DNA of 64,000 nt from Octopus vulgaris (Eukaryota): positions 78,492,001-78,556,000 of the forward strand of contig OX597814.1 in assembly GCA_951406725.2 (NCBI GenBank), read 5' to 3'. Within the stretch, counting starts at the first letter, position 1, and the number at the start of each line of letters is the position of its first letter. Shown here piece after piece: positions 1-13,438 of the stretch. The notes beneath the pieces are model-generated. The model was given only the letters and a program-made list of their open reading frames with translations, was not told the DNA's origin and ran no database searches. The translations under genes and the position numbers were made by a program.

Positions 1-32
<32 letters not shown>

Positions 33-2688
33 GTGTATATACACACATACATAAGCTTCCATTTGGTTTCTATTCATCAAATTTTACACACAAGGTATAA
101 GTCAACCCAAGGTTATAGTAGAAGATACTTGCCCAAAGTGCCATACGGTGGAATCAAACCCAAAACTATGTGCCTATGAAGTGAACTTCTTAACTACATA
201 GCTATGCCTGCAGCTATTACATGTTTAAAACAAATTTTATTTTAAATATATAAATATATTATATACCAAACTAATATAATTAACTGCATTTGTATTCTAG
301 CCTTTAAAAATAACACCTTCTTGCAAGAAAGAGAATCTGTATGGTACTGCAAGAAATAACAGCTAGATCTCCCTCAAATATTGTAATGTTATATATACAA
401 CATTGAAACACCTTGATATTCAACCAGTGATTCCAATCAGATCTTAAAGAAGGTTCTCTTTGTGGAAATTAGACAACTAGATAGAAATGACATATTGAAC
501 TGTAACAAATCTTCTATGGTTTAATTTTTCCACACCATATCACTATATATCCCTATATAAATGTGTGCATGAATGCAATCAAACAAACAAGAAGATAAAC
601 ATTTGGAATATTTTCATAAACTTTTGGTTTCAAAATTTGGCACAAGGCTAGCATATTTGGGGAAGGGACTAAGTCAATTACAACAAAACAAGTACTCAAC
701 AGGTACTTATTTTATCAACCCTGAAAGGTAAAGTCAATATAAGCAGACAGATGAAATACAGTTAAGCATTTTGTCTGGCATGTTAATGATTCTGTCAGCT
801 CTCTACCTTGTTCAATTAATATATTAAATTTGTTTTGCCTGAAGTCAACCATGCTAGAACAGGCCTATGACCAAAAGGCAATCTGGTCATGAACATTCCA
901 TCTTCGTTTCTGGCAAGACATAATTCAGGTACAGTGTATGCTACATCATCGAATATGTCCAACCTTTTCTGAGATGTTGGTTTAATTTCAGGGAGATTTA
1001 AAAAGTATTTCTAATCAGTTTGTTGTTAGACTTGTAATATGAAATGTATTTAAATCCAATAACAATTAGGATTTTAATCAATAGCCTCAAGCCGATCAAA
1101 GCCTTGTGAGTGGATGTGATAGTTGGAAACAGAAGCCCATCGTATAATATATATGTGCGTGTGTGTGTGTGTGTGTATGTGCTTGTGTGTTTGTACCCCC
1201 AACATCGCTTGACAACCATGGGTTTACGTCCCCGTAACTTAGCAGTTCAGCGAAAGAGACCGATAGAATAAGTACTAGGCTTACAAAGAATAAGTTCTGG
1301 CATCAATTTTCTCAACTAAAGGTGGTGCTCCAATATGGCCACAGTCAAAAGACTGAAATAAGTAAAAGAATATATGGACATATTCTTTCTTTTATCTAAT
1401 AGTAGTTATCTGGAAGCATATAGATCATGTGAACTCGCATCACATATTTTAGTTTTGTAAATTCATTGGAGTTTCACAGGTTTTTTTTTCTTGTAAAGAT
1501 ATATACAAACACACACTTTGTATGAAAATCTGAATTTCTATGATGGGTTGATTAACACAACCGGTCAGCAGTTGCTGTGAAAACGTTGGACCAGGGGATT
1601 AGTTTAGGCATTATGTCACTTAATCAGGTATGCTGTGAAACCAGCAAGAATTATCTTAAAGTTGGAAAAGTGTTTATTATTAATGTGGTGCTCTTGTGAG
1701 GATGGAGTGTGTGGCATGTGTAGCATGTCGTATGTATAATTTTTTCCAGTGTTGTAGGTATGTATAGCTGTGTTCATTGGTTTGTTTTCTTTCTGTAAAG
1801 GATAAAGTCATGGGAGGGGTATGTTAGCATGCCATGTGTAATGTGTGTGTGTGTGTGTGGGGTCTACAACCCTAGCCAAGCATGTCTGGACTTTGAAAGA
1901 AAATGCCACGGAGTACAGCATAAAGTAGAAGATCCTAGAAAGATGCAAAGCATACTTCAATTATAGCAGGAAGTGCAGATTATGCCTGGCTGAGAAGAGA
2001 GTAATTTTAAAAGGTACCCAATGCCTGGATGTTTACCTGAATAGCAAGAATGAGGTGTTTAATCTTTGCCCACATGAAAGGAAGTACATTCTATCATACC
2101 TGCATGCCCTACCATGACTACAACCACAGGTCCCCTGCTTCGACCTTCCATCAATGTCCTAGAGCCCAGCAACAAGAGTTTGACCAAAGCTAGTACCCTT
2201 CAACTAGCTTTGGCCTCTACAGGGAGGACACACTGGTAATATCAAGAGAATGACCACCTGCTAGATAAGCTCAGAAAGGACTTCACAGACACCATGAACT
2301 CCCTTGGACTGAAGGTCACTATAGAGACCAACCTAAAAATAGTGGATTTCTTTAATGTGACCCTAAACTTGGAATCAGGTACCTATAAGCCCATTAGGAA
2401 ACCAAATGAGAAGTTGTCTTACATTAACATAGGTTCCTGCCATAGTGTTCCGGAACCTGGTTAAGGGTGTCAACAGGAGAATCTCCAGTTTGTCTTCAAG
2501 CAAAGAGATCTTTGATGCTGCTGCTGCATACTACAACCAGGCCCTGGCTGCTAGTGGTTTCAAGGATAATATTAGTTACATGCCAAACCCTAGCCCCTTG
2601 CAAGAGAAAATGCCACTGGAAAGTACTGTGGTTCACACCGCCTTTCTCTTTAAATGTTAGGACCAGAGCAGGTAAGATCTTTAGTTTA

Positions 2689-2943
2689 AGTAGTATGGGG
2701 AATCTGTACACACCTGTACTTGGCTAAGTGAACTATACTAGTTAGTATAAATGAGCATGTGCAAAATAGTCTGGGAAGAGTGTTATATGCGAAGTCTCAA
2801 ATTATATAGGTTGTAGGAATTATTGAATAATATCTTGGAGTGCTTGTTGAAGATACACAGTTGGAGAGTAATAAGAGAACATCGGAAACATTTGATATCA
2901 TAACAGTTCAGATATAACAGTGACGACAAGAAGTCATACAACA
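2689..2943. mobile_element. Insertion into the Penelope coding region, probable solo LTR
   Basis: The Penelope reading GKIF|ISLVDRHF is split by ~255 bp of unrelated DNA ending in ...CATACAACA and starting (a)gtagtatgggg (decayed TG...CA termini). No clear TSD. Confidence 0.4.
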
Positions 2944-4049
2944 TATCAGTTTAGTTGACAGACACTTCTCTCATACCAACAGCTTCAACAAAATATTTAC
3001 TAGACATACCCTGAAATTATCCTTTAACTGTTCACCTACTGTAAAAAAGATAATAGTAGGTAGACCTGAGGCAGGATACTCATGCAGGGTAACACAACTT
3101 GTCCACTAAACTGCCACTGCAATATGGAAACAGTTGTTTATGAGGTAGAAGAAACAGCAACTGGACCCAATGGACAACTGAGCGTGCAGAAGTATGTCGG
3201 GGCAATAGAAGGTCCCTTCAGAACCTGCTTTAATAACCACAAGTCCTCATTCAACATCCCAGAGAAACATAACACCACAACCCTAGCCAAGCACATCTGG
3301 ACTTTGAAAGAAAATGCCACGGAGTACAGCATAAAGTAGAAGAACCTAGAAAGGTACAAACCATATTTCAATAGCAGCAGGAAGTGCAGATTATGCCTGG
3401 CTGAGAAGAGAGCAATTTTAAAAGGTACCCAACACCCGGATGTTTACTTGAATAGCAGGAGTGAGGTGTTTAATCCTTGCCCACATGAAAAGAAATACAT
3501 TCTATTGTACCTGCATGCCCCACCATGACTGCAACCATGGGTCCCCTGCCTTGACCTTTCAACAATGCTCTTGAGCCCAGCAAAAAGAGTTTGACCAAAG
3601 CACATGCACACACTCCTATAAAGCAGACATCCCACAAAATAAACTGTCTCCTCACCACCAACACATAGCCCTTCACACAAATTGTAACCCCCACACACAC
3701 ATTACATGCTAAAAGAACCACCACCCTCTGACTTTATCCTTTACAGAAAGAAAACAGACCAACGAACACAGCTATATATACCTACAACCCCAGAAAAATT
3801 ATACATATGACACTGCTGCACATACCACACACCTCATCCACACAAGAGCACCACAATAATATACACTATCCCTACTTCACGAGAACTCTTGCTGGTTTCA
3901 CAGCATACCCTACCAAGGGACATAACTCCTAAACTAATCCCCTGGCCCCTTTTTCATTCTATCACCTTGTTCACAGCAACTGTTGATCGGTTGTGCTAAT
4001 CCACCTCCGACAATAAAATGCAGTCGCCATACTTCCTTCCATATCAGTT

Positions 4050-4082
4050 AACTCTGATGAGCGTGAAATTATATAATCAGTT
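4050..4082 (+). ncRNA. Minimal type I hammerhead ribozyme motif at Penelope 3' end
   Basis: AACT-CTGATGA-GCGT-GAAA-TTATATAA-TC-AGTT: stem I AACT/AGTT, intact CUGAUGA and GAAA core, palindromic stem III, AUC cleavage triplet. Confidence 0.75.
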
Positions 4083-4241
4083 TGTTACCTAACACTCCAT
4101 TGTATTCTTTATGCAAAACCAATTGGTAAGACTAGCTGTGGTGGATATTTAATACTATACATTTCGGATAATATACCCACCCTACTTACAGACATACGAG
4201 TGTATCTCTTCCCTGACTTACGGTTTCTTAGACGACTCATG

Positions 4242-4280
<39 letters not shown>

Positions 4281-4688
4281 GGGGAGTAGATAAACATCTA
4301 ACAACTGAAGGGTCATTCTTTGTATTACTTGTTCTGTTTTCTATTTTTTTACCTCGTTATTTAGGTATTTAACTCATTTGTTTTTGTATTTCATGTTGTT
4401 TACTGTAGGTGATGTCCTGTACCCATATATGCATATATATATATATATACTTTTCTACACTAGGTACAAGGCCTGAAATTTTTGGAGAGGTGGGGGGGCA
4501 GTTGATTAGGCTGACCCCAGTACACAACTGGTACTTAATTTATCGACACCAAAAGGATGAAAAACAAAGTCAAGCTTGGCGGAATTTGAACTCAGAACAT
4601 AAAGACAGAAGAAATAGCGCTAAGTATTTTGCCCAGCATGCTAACATTTCTGTTAGCTCACTTACCTCTCTCTCTCTCTCTCTCTCTG

Positions 4689-4764
<76 letters not shown>

Positions 4765-5142
4765 CAAGGGGCTATAGTAAAAGACATCTGCCTAAAGTGT
4801 GTTCAGTCCCACAGCAGAGCAGCTTGACCAAATGTCTACTATAGCCTTGAGCTAATCAAAGCCTTGTGAGTAGCTTTGGTAGATAAAAACTGAAGGAATT
4901 CAAAAATGTGTGTGTGTGTTTGTATTTAACAATTTGGTTTGGTTCCATGCACATTAAACATCAATCTAAGTGACGAGCCTAAGGTGTATGGAACCAAATC
5001 AAACTATTATTAAATAGTAATGTTGCAGCCATCTGGTTCGCCAGTCCTCAGTCAAATCATCTGGTTCGCCAGTCCTCAGTCAAATCATCAAACCCATGCT
5101 AGCATGGAAAGCAGACGTTAAACGATGATGATGATGTATTCC

Positions 5143-5350
5143 TAAGGTGGCGAGCTAGCAGAATCCTTAGCATGCCAAGCAAAATGCTTATCAGCACTTC
5201 ATCCATCTTTACATTCTGAGATCAAATTTCACTAGGGTTGACTATAACTTTCATCATTCCAGGGTTGATAAAATTAGTATTAGTTGAATCAGTGTCATTG
5301 ACTTATCCTTCCCCCAAAATAGCTGGCCTTGTGCCAAAATTTGAAACCAA
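5143..5350 (+). mobile_element. SINE, family A (aaggcggcgagctggcagaatc...gcctttcatcctttcggggtcgataaaataagtacc type)
   Basis: Same sequence recurs at ~630-810(-), 4450-4660(-), 8610-8830(-), 10490-10680(-), 29400-29610, 33333-33530, 40700-41160, 42365-42930, 43735-44270 and 51240-51455. B-box-like GAGTTCAAAT in most copies. Confidence 0.75.
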
Positions 5351-5720
5351 TATATGTACTTGTACCAAATGTGTTGAGTGCATCTTTCATTTGTCCACTC
5401 ATTTGCAGGAGTGGCTCTGTGGTTAGAAGTTTGCTTCCCTACCACATGGTTCTGTGTTCAGTCCCACTGCATGACACCTTGATAAGTATCTTCTACTATA
5501 GCCTTGGGCTGACCAAAGCCTGGAGAGTGGATTTGGTAGATGGAAACTGAAAGAAGATATATAGATAGATAGATATGTGTGTCTTTGTGTCTGTGTTTGT
5601 CCCCTACCACTGCTTGACAGCTGGTATCAGTGTGTTTATGTCCCCACAACTGCTTGACAGCTGGTATCAGTGTGTTTATGTCCCCACAACTTAGTGGTTC
5701 AGCAAAAGTACTAGGCTTAA

Positions 5721-5857
5721 TCCTTTGAGCTCATAACACCAGTTTACTGGTGGATGGCTTTATTTTTCTTTATACCATAGCACCGCTCTATGCTGTAGCA
5801 CCGGCAGAATGCCAGGTATATGGACAAATAAGATTCAGGAGGACAGGGCTCAAAGGG
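5721..5857. mobile_element. piggyBac-type MITE inserted in a SINE
   Basis: TTAA|tcctttgagc ... gctcaaaggg|TTAA: terminal inverted repeats with TTAA target duplication. Confidence 0.65.
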
Positions 5858-8800
5858 TTAAAAAAAAAGTACTGGGGCTGATTTATCCAACTAAAATTCC
5901 TCAAAGCAGTGCCCGAGCATGGCCACAGTCTAATGATTGAAACAAGATATATATATATATATCATCATTGTTTAACGTCCACTGTCCATGCTGACATGAG
6001 GTGGATGGTTTGACATGGAGTTGACTAGCAGAGAGCTGTCCAGACTTCGACTGTCTGTTGTGACATTGTTTCTACAGCTAGGATCATTTGTTTCCAGGCT
6101 TCTGTGAAAACATGCCTGACTAAAGGAAGATATCTTAAGAGGAGAAACATGTGAAGGTTAGTGACAGGAAAGGTATCCAGCCATAGAAAATCTGCGTCAA
6201 AGAATTTAGTTAGACCCATGCAAGTATGGAAAAGGTAATATTGAAATTTTAGGCTTTTGCACTGATTTCATTTCCCATTTTCACTCACAAGGCATTGGTC
6301 AGCTAGAGGCTACACTTAAAGACACTCGGATTCCATGCAAAGCAATTTTATTAACTACATAACATTATCATCATTTTAAAGTCAACTTTTCCATGCTTGA
6401 TTAGGTCAGGAAAAATTTGCTGAGGCAGAGGCAGACTTTCTCCAGCTAGAAACACTTTCTAACACCAACCTTTACCGGTTTCGGAGCAAAAAGTAGTACC
6501 GCCCCCATTCCACCAGTAGCTGGATATGATTTCACAGAAGACTATAAACGGGGGACACCGCTTGTATAACAGTGGCGCTTGCTTCTATCATGTCATGCAA
6601 AGAAACACACACACAAACATGAAGATGTACGCAGATATCACACACATAGACACACGAAGATGTGCGCAGATATTACACACACAACAAGCTTCTTTCCCTT
6701 TCCGTCTACTAAACCTATTTGCATGCTTTTGGCTGGCCTCTGTCTACAGTAGAAGACATTTGCTCATGGTTCTATACAACGGAGAAATGAACCTAAAATC
6801 AAGAGGTTGAGGTTGTGAAATGAACTTCTTAACCACTAAAATTATGTCATTGTTACTTAGAAATTCTTGTCGTTTTCTTCTTCCCTATTAAAGAACAAAA
6901 TGACAAGTGTAAGTAATTTTGACAATGATTGCACAAAACAATACCCAATTGTATCACATTAGTTCATGGTGTGTGTGAACGAATACATTTTTCTATCTTC
7001 GTAGGAAACCTTCCTTATTAACGGGTTCTGACGGATCTTAAATAATCTCAACTAAAGCCCCGGTATTGAGTTCTCTTTCTTCCATTCGACAACCACGATT
7101 GTGATGTGCGCACGCACACACACACACACACACAATACAGGGTGGCTCAAAAGTCAGTCTACAATTTGAGATATATAAAAATATATGTGTAGTTGTTTAT
7201 ATGCACATGTATGGTGAACATAACTAAGAAACAGAATCCTTCAGAAAAATTTATGCATATTTATTTAGAAATGAACCAAGGCGATTTTATCGGTTCGGAT
7301 ATTAAAGTATATGATGAAGGTTAAATCGCATCTGAACCTTTTCTTAACATACACACATCTGTTCACGTTCTTTGCAATGATCTGTTACTGAAGCTTTGAA
7401 GCATTATCGACAGACATTATATAGGCCTACACACACACCATGGCAAATAAAAGTAGTTGTTTAAACAGTTGTTTTAAAACATAGATATAAGTTTGTAAAT
7501 AGGTAACAAATCTTTTTTATTAATTTTTTTAAGCTTTTCTCATCATTTTTGTAGTGTTAAGCCGACGATATATATCTCCATAGGGTGAAAGAAACACTAC
7601 TTTCAATCTAGTGTTTACAGTAGAGAACAAGAGCACAGTGATGTAGTCACTCCAACAACTAGAAACAGCAGTTAAATCTCGAAATAATATCCTACCTTCT
7701 TAATAAAGAGACATCTTAGATAATGTAAAACTAGAAACACCATAGCTCAGAGCAGAAAGGAAATACAAGGCAATGGTTTGAATATTTCTAATCAAAAGTC
7801 TGCTAGATCAGAGCTGACTTAGGATTGAACAAAAAACCCCCTTACAGCGTCTACTTGGAGCCGGCTGCCTTCATCTTGAACAACACATTTCATGCTAACA
7901 AGACATGTACCAACAATTTCCCGAGTACTCTATATTCAGTCGACAATATGCACTTTAAATACATATACAGGCATATGTAAATACATGCGTGGTTAGCATA
8001 CTGAATGACATATTACAAAAATTCATGTATATACGTATAGTATTAATCATCTTGGCAGAAAGCTAATTGCTTCGTTGTGTGATGGACCGGGCACCTACAC
8101 TCAGCAAATGAAGTCGTTGTAGAAATACCAAATTTTAGTAATCCGTATTAAATACACACACAACTCTGTACAACATGAATTAAATATGTAAGCATGTATA
8201 CAAATACATGTATATGTATTTATGCTTTCGTAACGTGCACGTGTACATACATACACCAGACAGACAGACAGACAAACACGCACGTACACACCTGTCAACA
8301 AAAGTAGGAAAGTGAGCGTGCATTACACATACACACAGTCTTATATAACATAGAATCTAATTCCAGAGAAAGCTAATTGTGGTTTTAACAAGGCCGAAAC
8401 ATTTGCATCTTAATAACACTGATATTATTAAACAACTAGAAAAGGAACAAGAATTATGACTTCTTACATTGGTACAAGGTCGCGAAATTGTAGAGATCAA
8501 AACAAAAACAGTGATGACCCCTGTAGGGTTTTATTTCAGGACGTAGGGCGACAAGATTAGACAATACTACAGTACTCTATCGTTTTTGTTACTCCATTAA
8601 CAATTTCTAAATAAAACACAAGGCCAGCAATTTTGAGAGGGAAGGATGAATCGTTACCATTAAGTCATACTCACCCCTGGTAGCTGAGTGGTACTTCGTT
8701 TTATCGACCCCCGGGGAATGAGAAGTAAAAATGACATCGGCGGGATTTGAAATCACAACGTAAAGAATTGTAAATAAATATTGCAAGGCCTTTTTTGTCA

Positions 8801-9187
8801 GACGCTCTAACGGTTCCACCAATCTACCGTATTCACCCCAATAATAACAAATTCGTTAAATATATCACACTCATCTATACACGTACATCTTTGGATGCCG
8901 ATTCTGTAAAACAGGAGATATACGACCTATATCTCTCTCTTGTAAACAACAAGGGGGTGGAATGTTGAAAATGAAATGGGTTAAATGTCAATAACAAGTT
9001 GCCTTTCATTCGACACATCACTTTCACACAGAATAACATTTTCTCTAACAATATTAGATGGAATACACACACATACATACAGACAGATAGACATACACAC
9101 ACCTTGCTGGTGTTATAGAGCTCGAAATGTTAGGATAAAAATTTCATGTTAATTTAGCGTAACAATGTAACATCTGACAATACTTAC

Positions 9188-9203
9188 CGCAAGCTGAAAC
9201 CAT
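9188..9203 (-). CDS. Candidate first coding micro-exon (MVSAC.., phase 1) of an unidentified minus-strand gene
   Basis: Minus strand reads actaagATG GTT TCA GCT TGC G|GTAAGTA: purine at -3, G at +4, consensus donor. It lies ~850 bp downstream of a CCAAT/YY1 motif cluster in CpG-retaining DNA. No downstream exon could be identified in the window. Confidence 0.4.
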
Positions 9204-10035
9204 CTTAGTAAATAAATCCATTTACATTCGATCTATTCTTTAAAAAATAGATACAATTAATAGTCGACCAAATGATCTTTAAGACTGAGAATATTAATGT
9301 ATATGGTAAGATATGTTAGACTATATCGTTAACCAACGAAAGAAACTGGTTTATAATTTATCTCTAATCATGTAAGAATTAATATAAGTTGGTTAAATGT
9401 TTTTTTCTGTAAAAGAAATACAGCCGAACATATATTGTAGGTGGTGGAGAAACAATCTAGAGTTTGAAACATAATGGGAGTATACAAGATGTAAAATATG
9501 CACAGCATGGGAAAAAGCAGAAAAAAATATTAAATTGTTAGCTTTAAAATGAAATATGTTTTAAATAATAATCGACTTGATTCTTAAGGAAAATATTAAA
9601 AAAATTATCTATAAATGAAAGAAAAGAACAAAAGGAGTAAGCAAAATTTCCAAAAACATTAATTGGGGTGGTTTTAAAAGCAATGTATAAAGATATCGTA
9701 AAGGGGTGTATCTTATGTACCCAGACGTGGTTTGTCAAATCAACAAAACACCAAAATGCAATTTAATTGCTAAGAACAATAATATAATAAAAGTTTCGAA
9801 ATCTACCTCTTTCTAAAAGACGAAAAAAGATGCAAATATCAAGTTGGTGACGAAATAAATATAATTATTTTGTCTCGCTTGTTTAGTTAGTTTGTTTTTT
9901 TTGCCGAGAGGGGTGGTGGTAAACGGTGTATAAGTATATATATAATAAGTCCGTATTATAAGTCGTGCAATGAGGTACAGTGTCCGTCAAGAGACGAATG
10001 CACTCCGATCAAAAATAGGATACTCAACAACAGAT

Positions 10036-10080
10036 ATCATCGCCATCTTGTAATTTACGCATTGTCAACCAATCAGAATG
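10036..10080 (-). promoter_or_regulatory. Putative promoter: YY1-like CGCCATCTTG and CCAAT box (AACCAATCAGAA)
   Basis: cgccatcttg at 10041-10050 and aaccaatcaga at ~10067-10077. Surrounding DNA and SINE copies retain CpG. Confidence 0.5.
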
Positions 10081-13000
10081 TAGCTTACATATAAAAGATG
10101 GATAATATAGAGTTCTACTAAAACCATGTATACGATTGATGTTGTCATGAGGAACGTCAATAGAAGAGAGCACCTGACTTATAGATACAAGCACAAATGC
10201 GTGCACACAAATATATGAATACACGTACGCGCGAACACACATACATGAATACAACAAACACACGTACACATACGCGCGGACACATACACACGCGCGCACT
10301 CAAACACAAACAGTTGCGAATTAGCACTCGAAAATTGATTTTTAGTGGGGTTATCTTTCTCTCCGTTGTTGGTTTCAGAATTTAAATACCCTAACAGAGA
10401 GTTTTTGCCTACTAATCATATGGATAATCGAAGTCAGTCTTTCAACTCATTATATTACGTGTGTGAAACTCTAGTGTTATAATAATCCTTTCTACTTTAA
10501 GCACAGGGCCTTAAAATTGCAGGGAGCGATTAGTTGATTACATCGATGCCAGTGCTCAACGAGTGCTTATTTTATTTACTCCCATAGGATGAAAGGCAAA
10601 GTCGACCTCCGCAATGTGTGAACTAGGAACGTAAAGACGGACGAAATGCTGCCTAGCATTTTGTCCGGCGTACGCATTTTACTGTGTTCGATATAACCCA
10701 TAACACGACTTTTATCAAATTGTTTTCTACGTGTATTTTCATTGTTTATCTGTTTCACTTATGGGAAATTTACGATCATGAAAAGGAAAAGAAAAAAAGG
10801 CCAGATTTTAAGGTTAATTAAGATTGAAGTAAAGTTAGGATTTTGGGCACTAAAAAAAACTAGAATTTGTTGGGGGAAAAAAGTTACAGAATCGTAATCT
10901 TCAATATTTAAAGCATAGAAATCCGAAGAAATTATCTATATATATGAAAAAAGTTACGGTGGCTGTGTACTTACTACGCAACTCCATCCAACTGCTTGTC
11001 GAGGCGATAGTTTAGAGCTGGAGTGGACAAAAAATTCTACAAAACTATTTATAGAATTATTCTATGAAAAGTCGCTTCGATAAAATGTAATTTAATGGAA
11101 ATCATTCGATTAAAAATCTGATACACGAAGGGAAAGAGAGGGTTGCTCTAACTGCTAGAAACAGCAGTCACGTCACGTTTACTTTACATCACACCCTACA
11201 AGTTTAAGACGTGATGGTCATGGTAAGAACACACTTCACCTTTGAACAACTTGTTTAGCGCTAATGAAAGAAGCCTCTTTGTGATCAATCAATCTGCTAG
11301 AAATGACAGCCAAATGTTCTTCAACCGTGTCCTACCGATTTTTTTTAGCCAATAATGCAATTCTTGATATACAAAAGGGCCATGTAATTACAGTTAAATC
11401 ATCTTTGATTATATATGGCTGAGATGAAGTACCTCATTCTGCATAAGAACTCCATCAATCAAGGATGAGCAGTCATCTGCATAAGCATGTGCAAACCTGG
11501 ACATTAGTTTTGAGTAAGACTGGCAATTCCCCATTCACACAAGTTTTCCCAGTCCATAGTACTAATGTTTATTCAAGGGAAAGATTGCTTAACTACTGCA
11601 ATCTTTTCTCATTCACATACTGTTCCCATGCCCGGAGTAAGAATTTAATTTGTGTTTTATTTAAATTAAAGAAGGTGAGATATTGTCTGTGATCTTCATA
11701 GGACCACTTTGGGTAGGTAGACTGGTATAGCTGAAGTTCATTTTGAACATCTGTTGATCTGCATCTATCAGAAAAAGATAAGGATAAAGTGGGAATTTCA
11801 AAGGATGCTGTCCAGCATTGATAATATAGTAATAAAAGCTATGTTCTTCTTGCTGTTGTTTTGAATAACTATACTTCATTTAATGAGAGAAGTATTTAAT
11901 TAAATGCTTAAGGACAGCTAATAGAGTTTGTCTCCAGAAAATACTGATCATTCTGGCATGCAGCGTTCAGATTCAGATTTGTGAAGATACCGAACTGACA
12001 TTTTTGATATGACCTCTGTTTTATTATTCAGTCTACTGCTACTGCAAAACCTCTTTCTTCCTGCATGGGCTTCCACCACTGGCAGGATTAAGTCCATTAC
12101 TACACACACTTAAAACACTAATTATACTGTGTCTCCACTACCTACAGTAAAGAACTGCACTTCACTGTGGTACACACTTTTTTAGCTTGAGAGAAGTTTT
12201 GGCATTGTGTATTGCTAAATGCTTTTTAACTACTCACGCTTCTGGTAACATCTGGCACCATTACAATGTGGGGGCCAGAGAATGATATTATTATTGCATT
12301 CATATCTCTGTTTTTAACATGACTGTAATTGTTGATTTTTATATTTTCAATGCCTAAAGAGATTGTTGTTGATATTTATATTTTCGATACAAGTATAATT
12401 GATATGATTATAGTTATTGCAGCTGATATCTGTATTTTTGACATACTTATAGTTGTTGATATCTATATTTTTGATACACCTATAGCTATTGCTATAACAA
12501 TAGCAATTTGGGAATAAAAGTTCCTATTCCCATATCAATTGTTTCAAAATATCTCTGAAATCAATCTCTTGACTTTTCTTACTACAATCTACTTAAATGG
12601 CAAACAAAATAGACACCAGTCTTCATAGGGGAAAATTTACCTTTGATAGTCTTATTATCCTATCCAGTACTTATTCTATCAGTCTTTTATGTCAAACTCA
12701 AACACCAGTTTTCAAGCAGTGGTGGGGCACAAATACAAACACACATAAGGTAACAGAAATGTCAAGGCCACTCCCCCTGATGAAGAAGATTGACCTGCAA
12801 GAGCCCTGTGCCAGTGCTACATGAAAGGCACTTGTGTCAGTGTCACATAAAAGTGCTCATGGCAGTGCCACATTAAAAGAATCCAGTACATGCTAGATAA
12901 AGTAGTTGACATTAGAGAGGGCATCAAGCTGTAGAAACCAAGCCAAATCAGAATGGAACCTGATGCAGCTTGCCAGCACTGCTCAAACTGTCCAGCCTAT

Positions 13001-13438
13001 GCCAGCATGGAAAATAGATGTTAAAGGATGAAGATAACGATGATATATATGTGTGTGTGTGTGTGTGTATTTGCCCAAGGTATCATGCAGTGGAACTGAA
13101 CCAGAAACCATGTGTTGAAATTTATTTTAAAATTTTTATGTGAATTGAACCTATAATTTTTCATTTGATCTCTAGTATGTCATGAAGTCAAAAAGATTGA
13201 AAACCACTGTCCTAATACTATTGGAAGTAGAATAAGGCACCAACACTATATTCCCATGCTACAGTTCTGAAAAGGACTAATATAAATTTGATTTATGATC
13301 CCTAGAATGGGTTCATGGAATGTCCTTTTCAGGAATTTGTGTATGTAGTCACAGTGGAGAAGAAGCTGCTGGGATCATCAGTGGAATATCATAAACTCGA
13401 TAATTTATTCACTACTCCTTTTGTAAGTTCCATGCATA

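Larger units (their letters stand above)
1527..4110 (+). mobile_element. Decayed Penelope-like retroelement (RT C-terminus plus GIY-YIG endonuclease) with inverted and partial direct terminal repeats
   Basis: Translated fragments FGLYREDTL (2209-, decayed GLYRDD-type RT motif), LGLKVTIETNLKIVDFFNVTLNLESGTYKPIRKPN, VLWFTPPFSLNVRTRAGKIF, and ORF 3082-3339 CPLNCHC..VVYE..KYVGAIEGPFRTCFNNHKSSF..TTLAKHIWTLKE (GIY-YIG). 1527-1869 is an inverted copy of 3682-4023. 1866-2190 is a direct copy of 3277-3601. Stops and frameshifts present. Confidence 0.88.

Noticed and set aside
3082-3520. Possible selenocysteine recoding in the Penelope ORF (reported for some Naiad-type elements)
   Set aside because: The visible in-frame stop is TAG at a Trp position, not TGA at a Cys position, and no SECIS was recognised.
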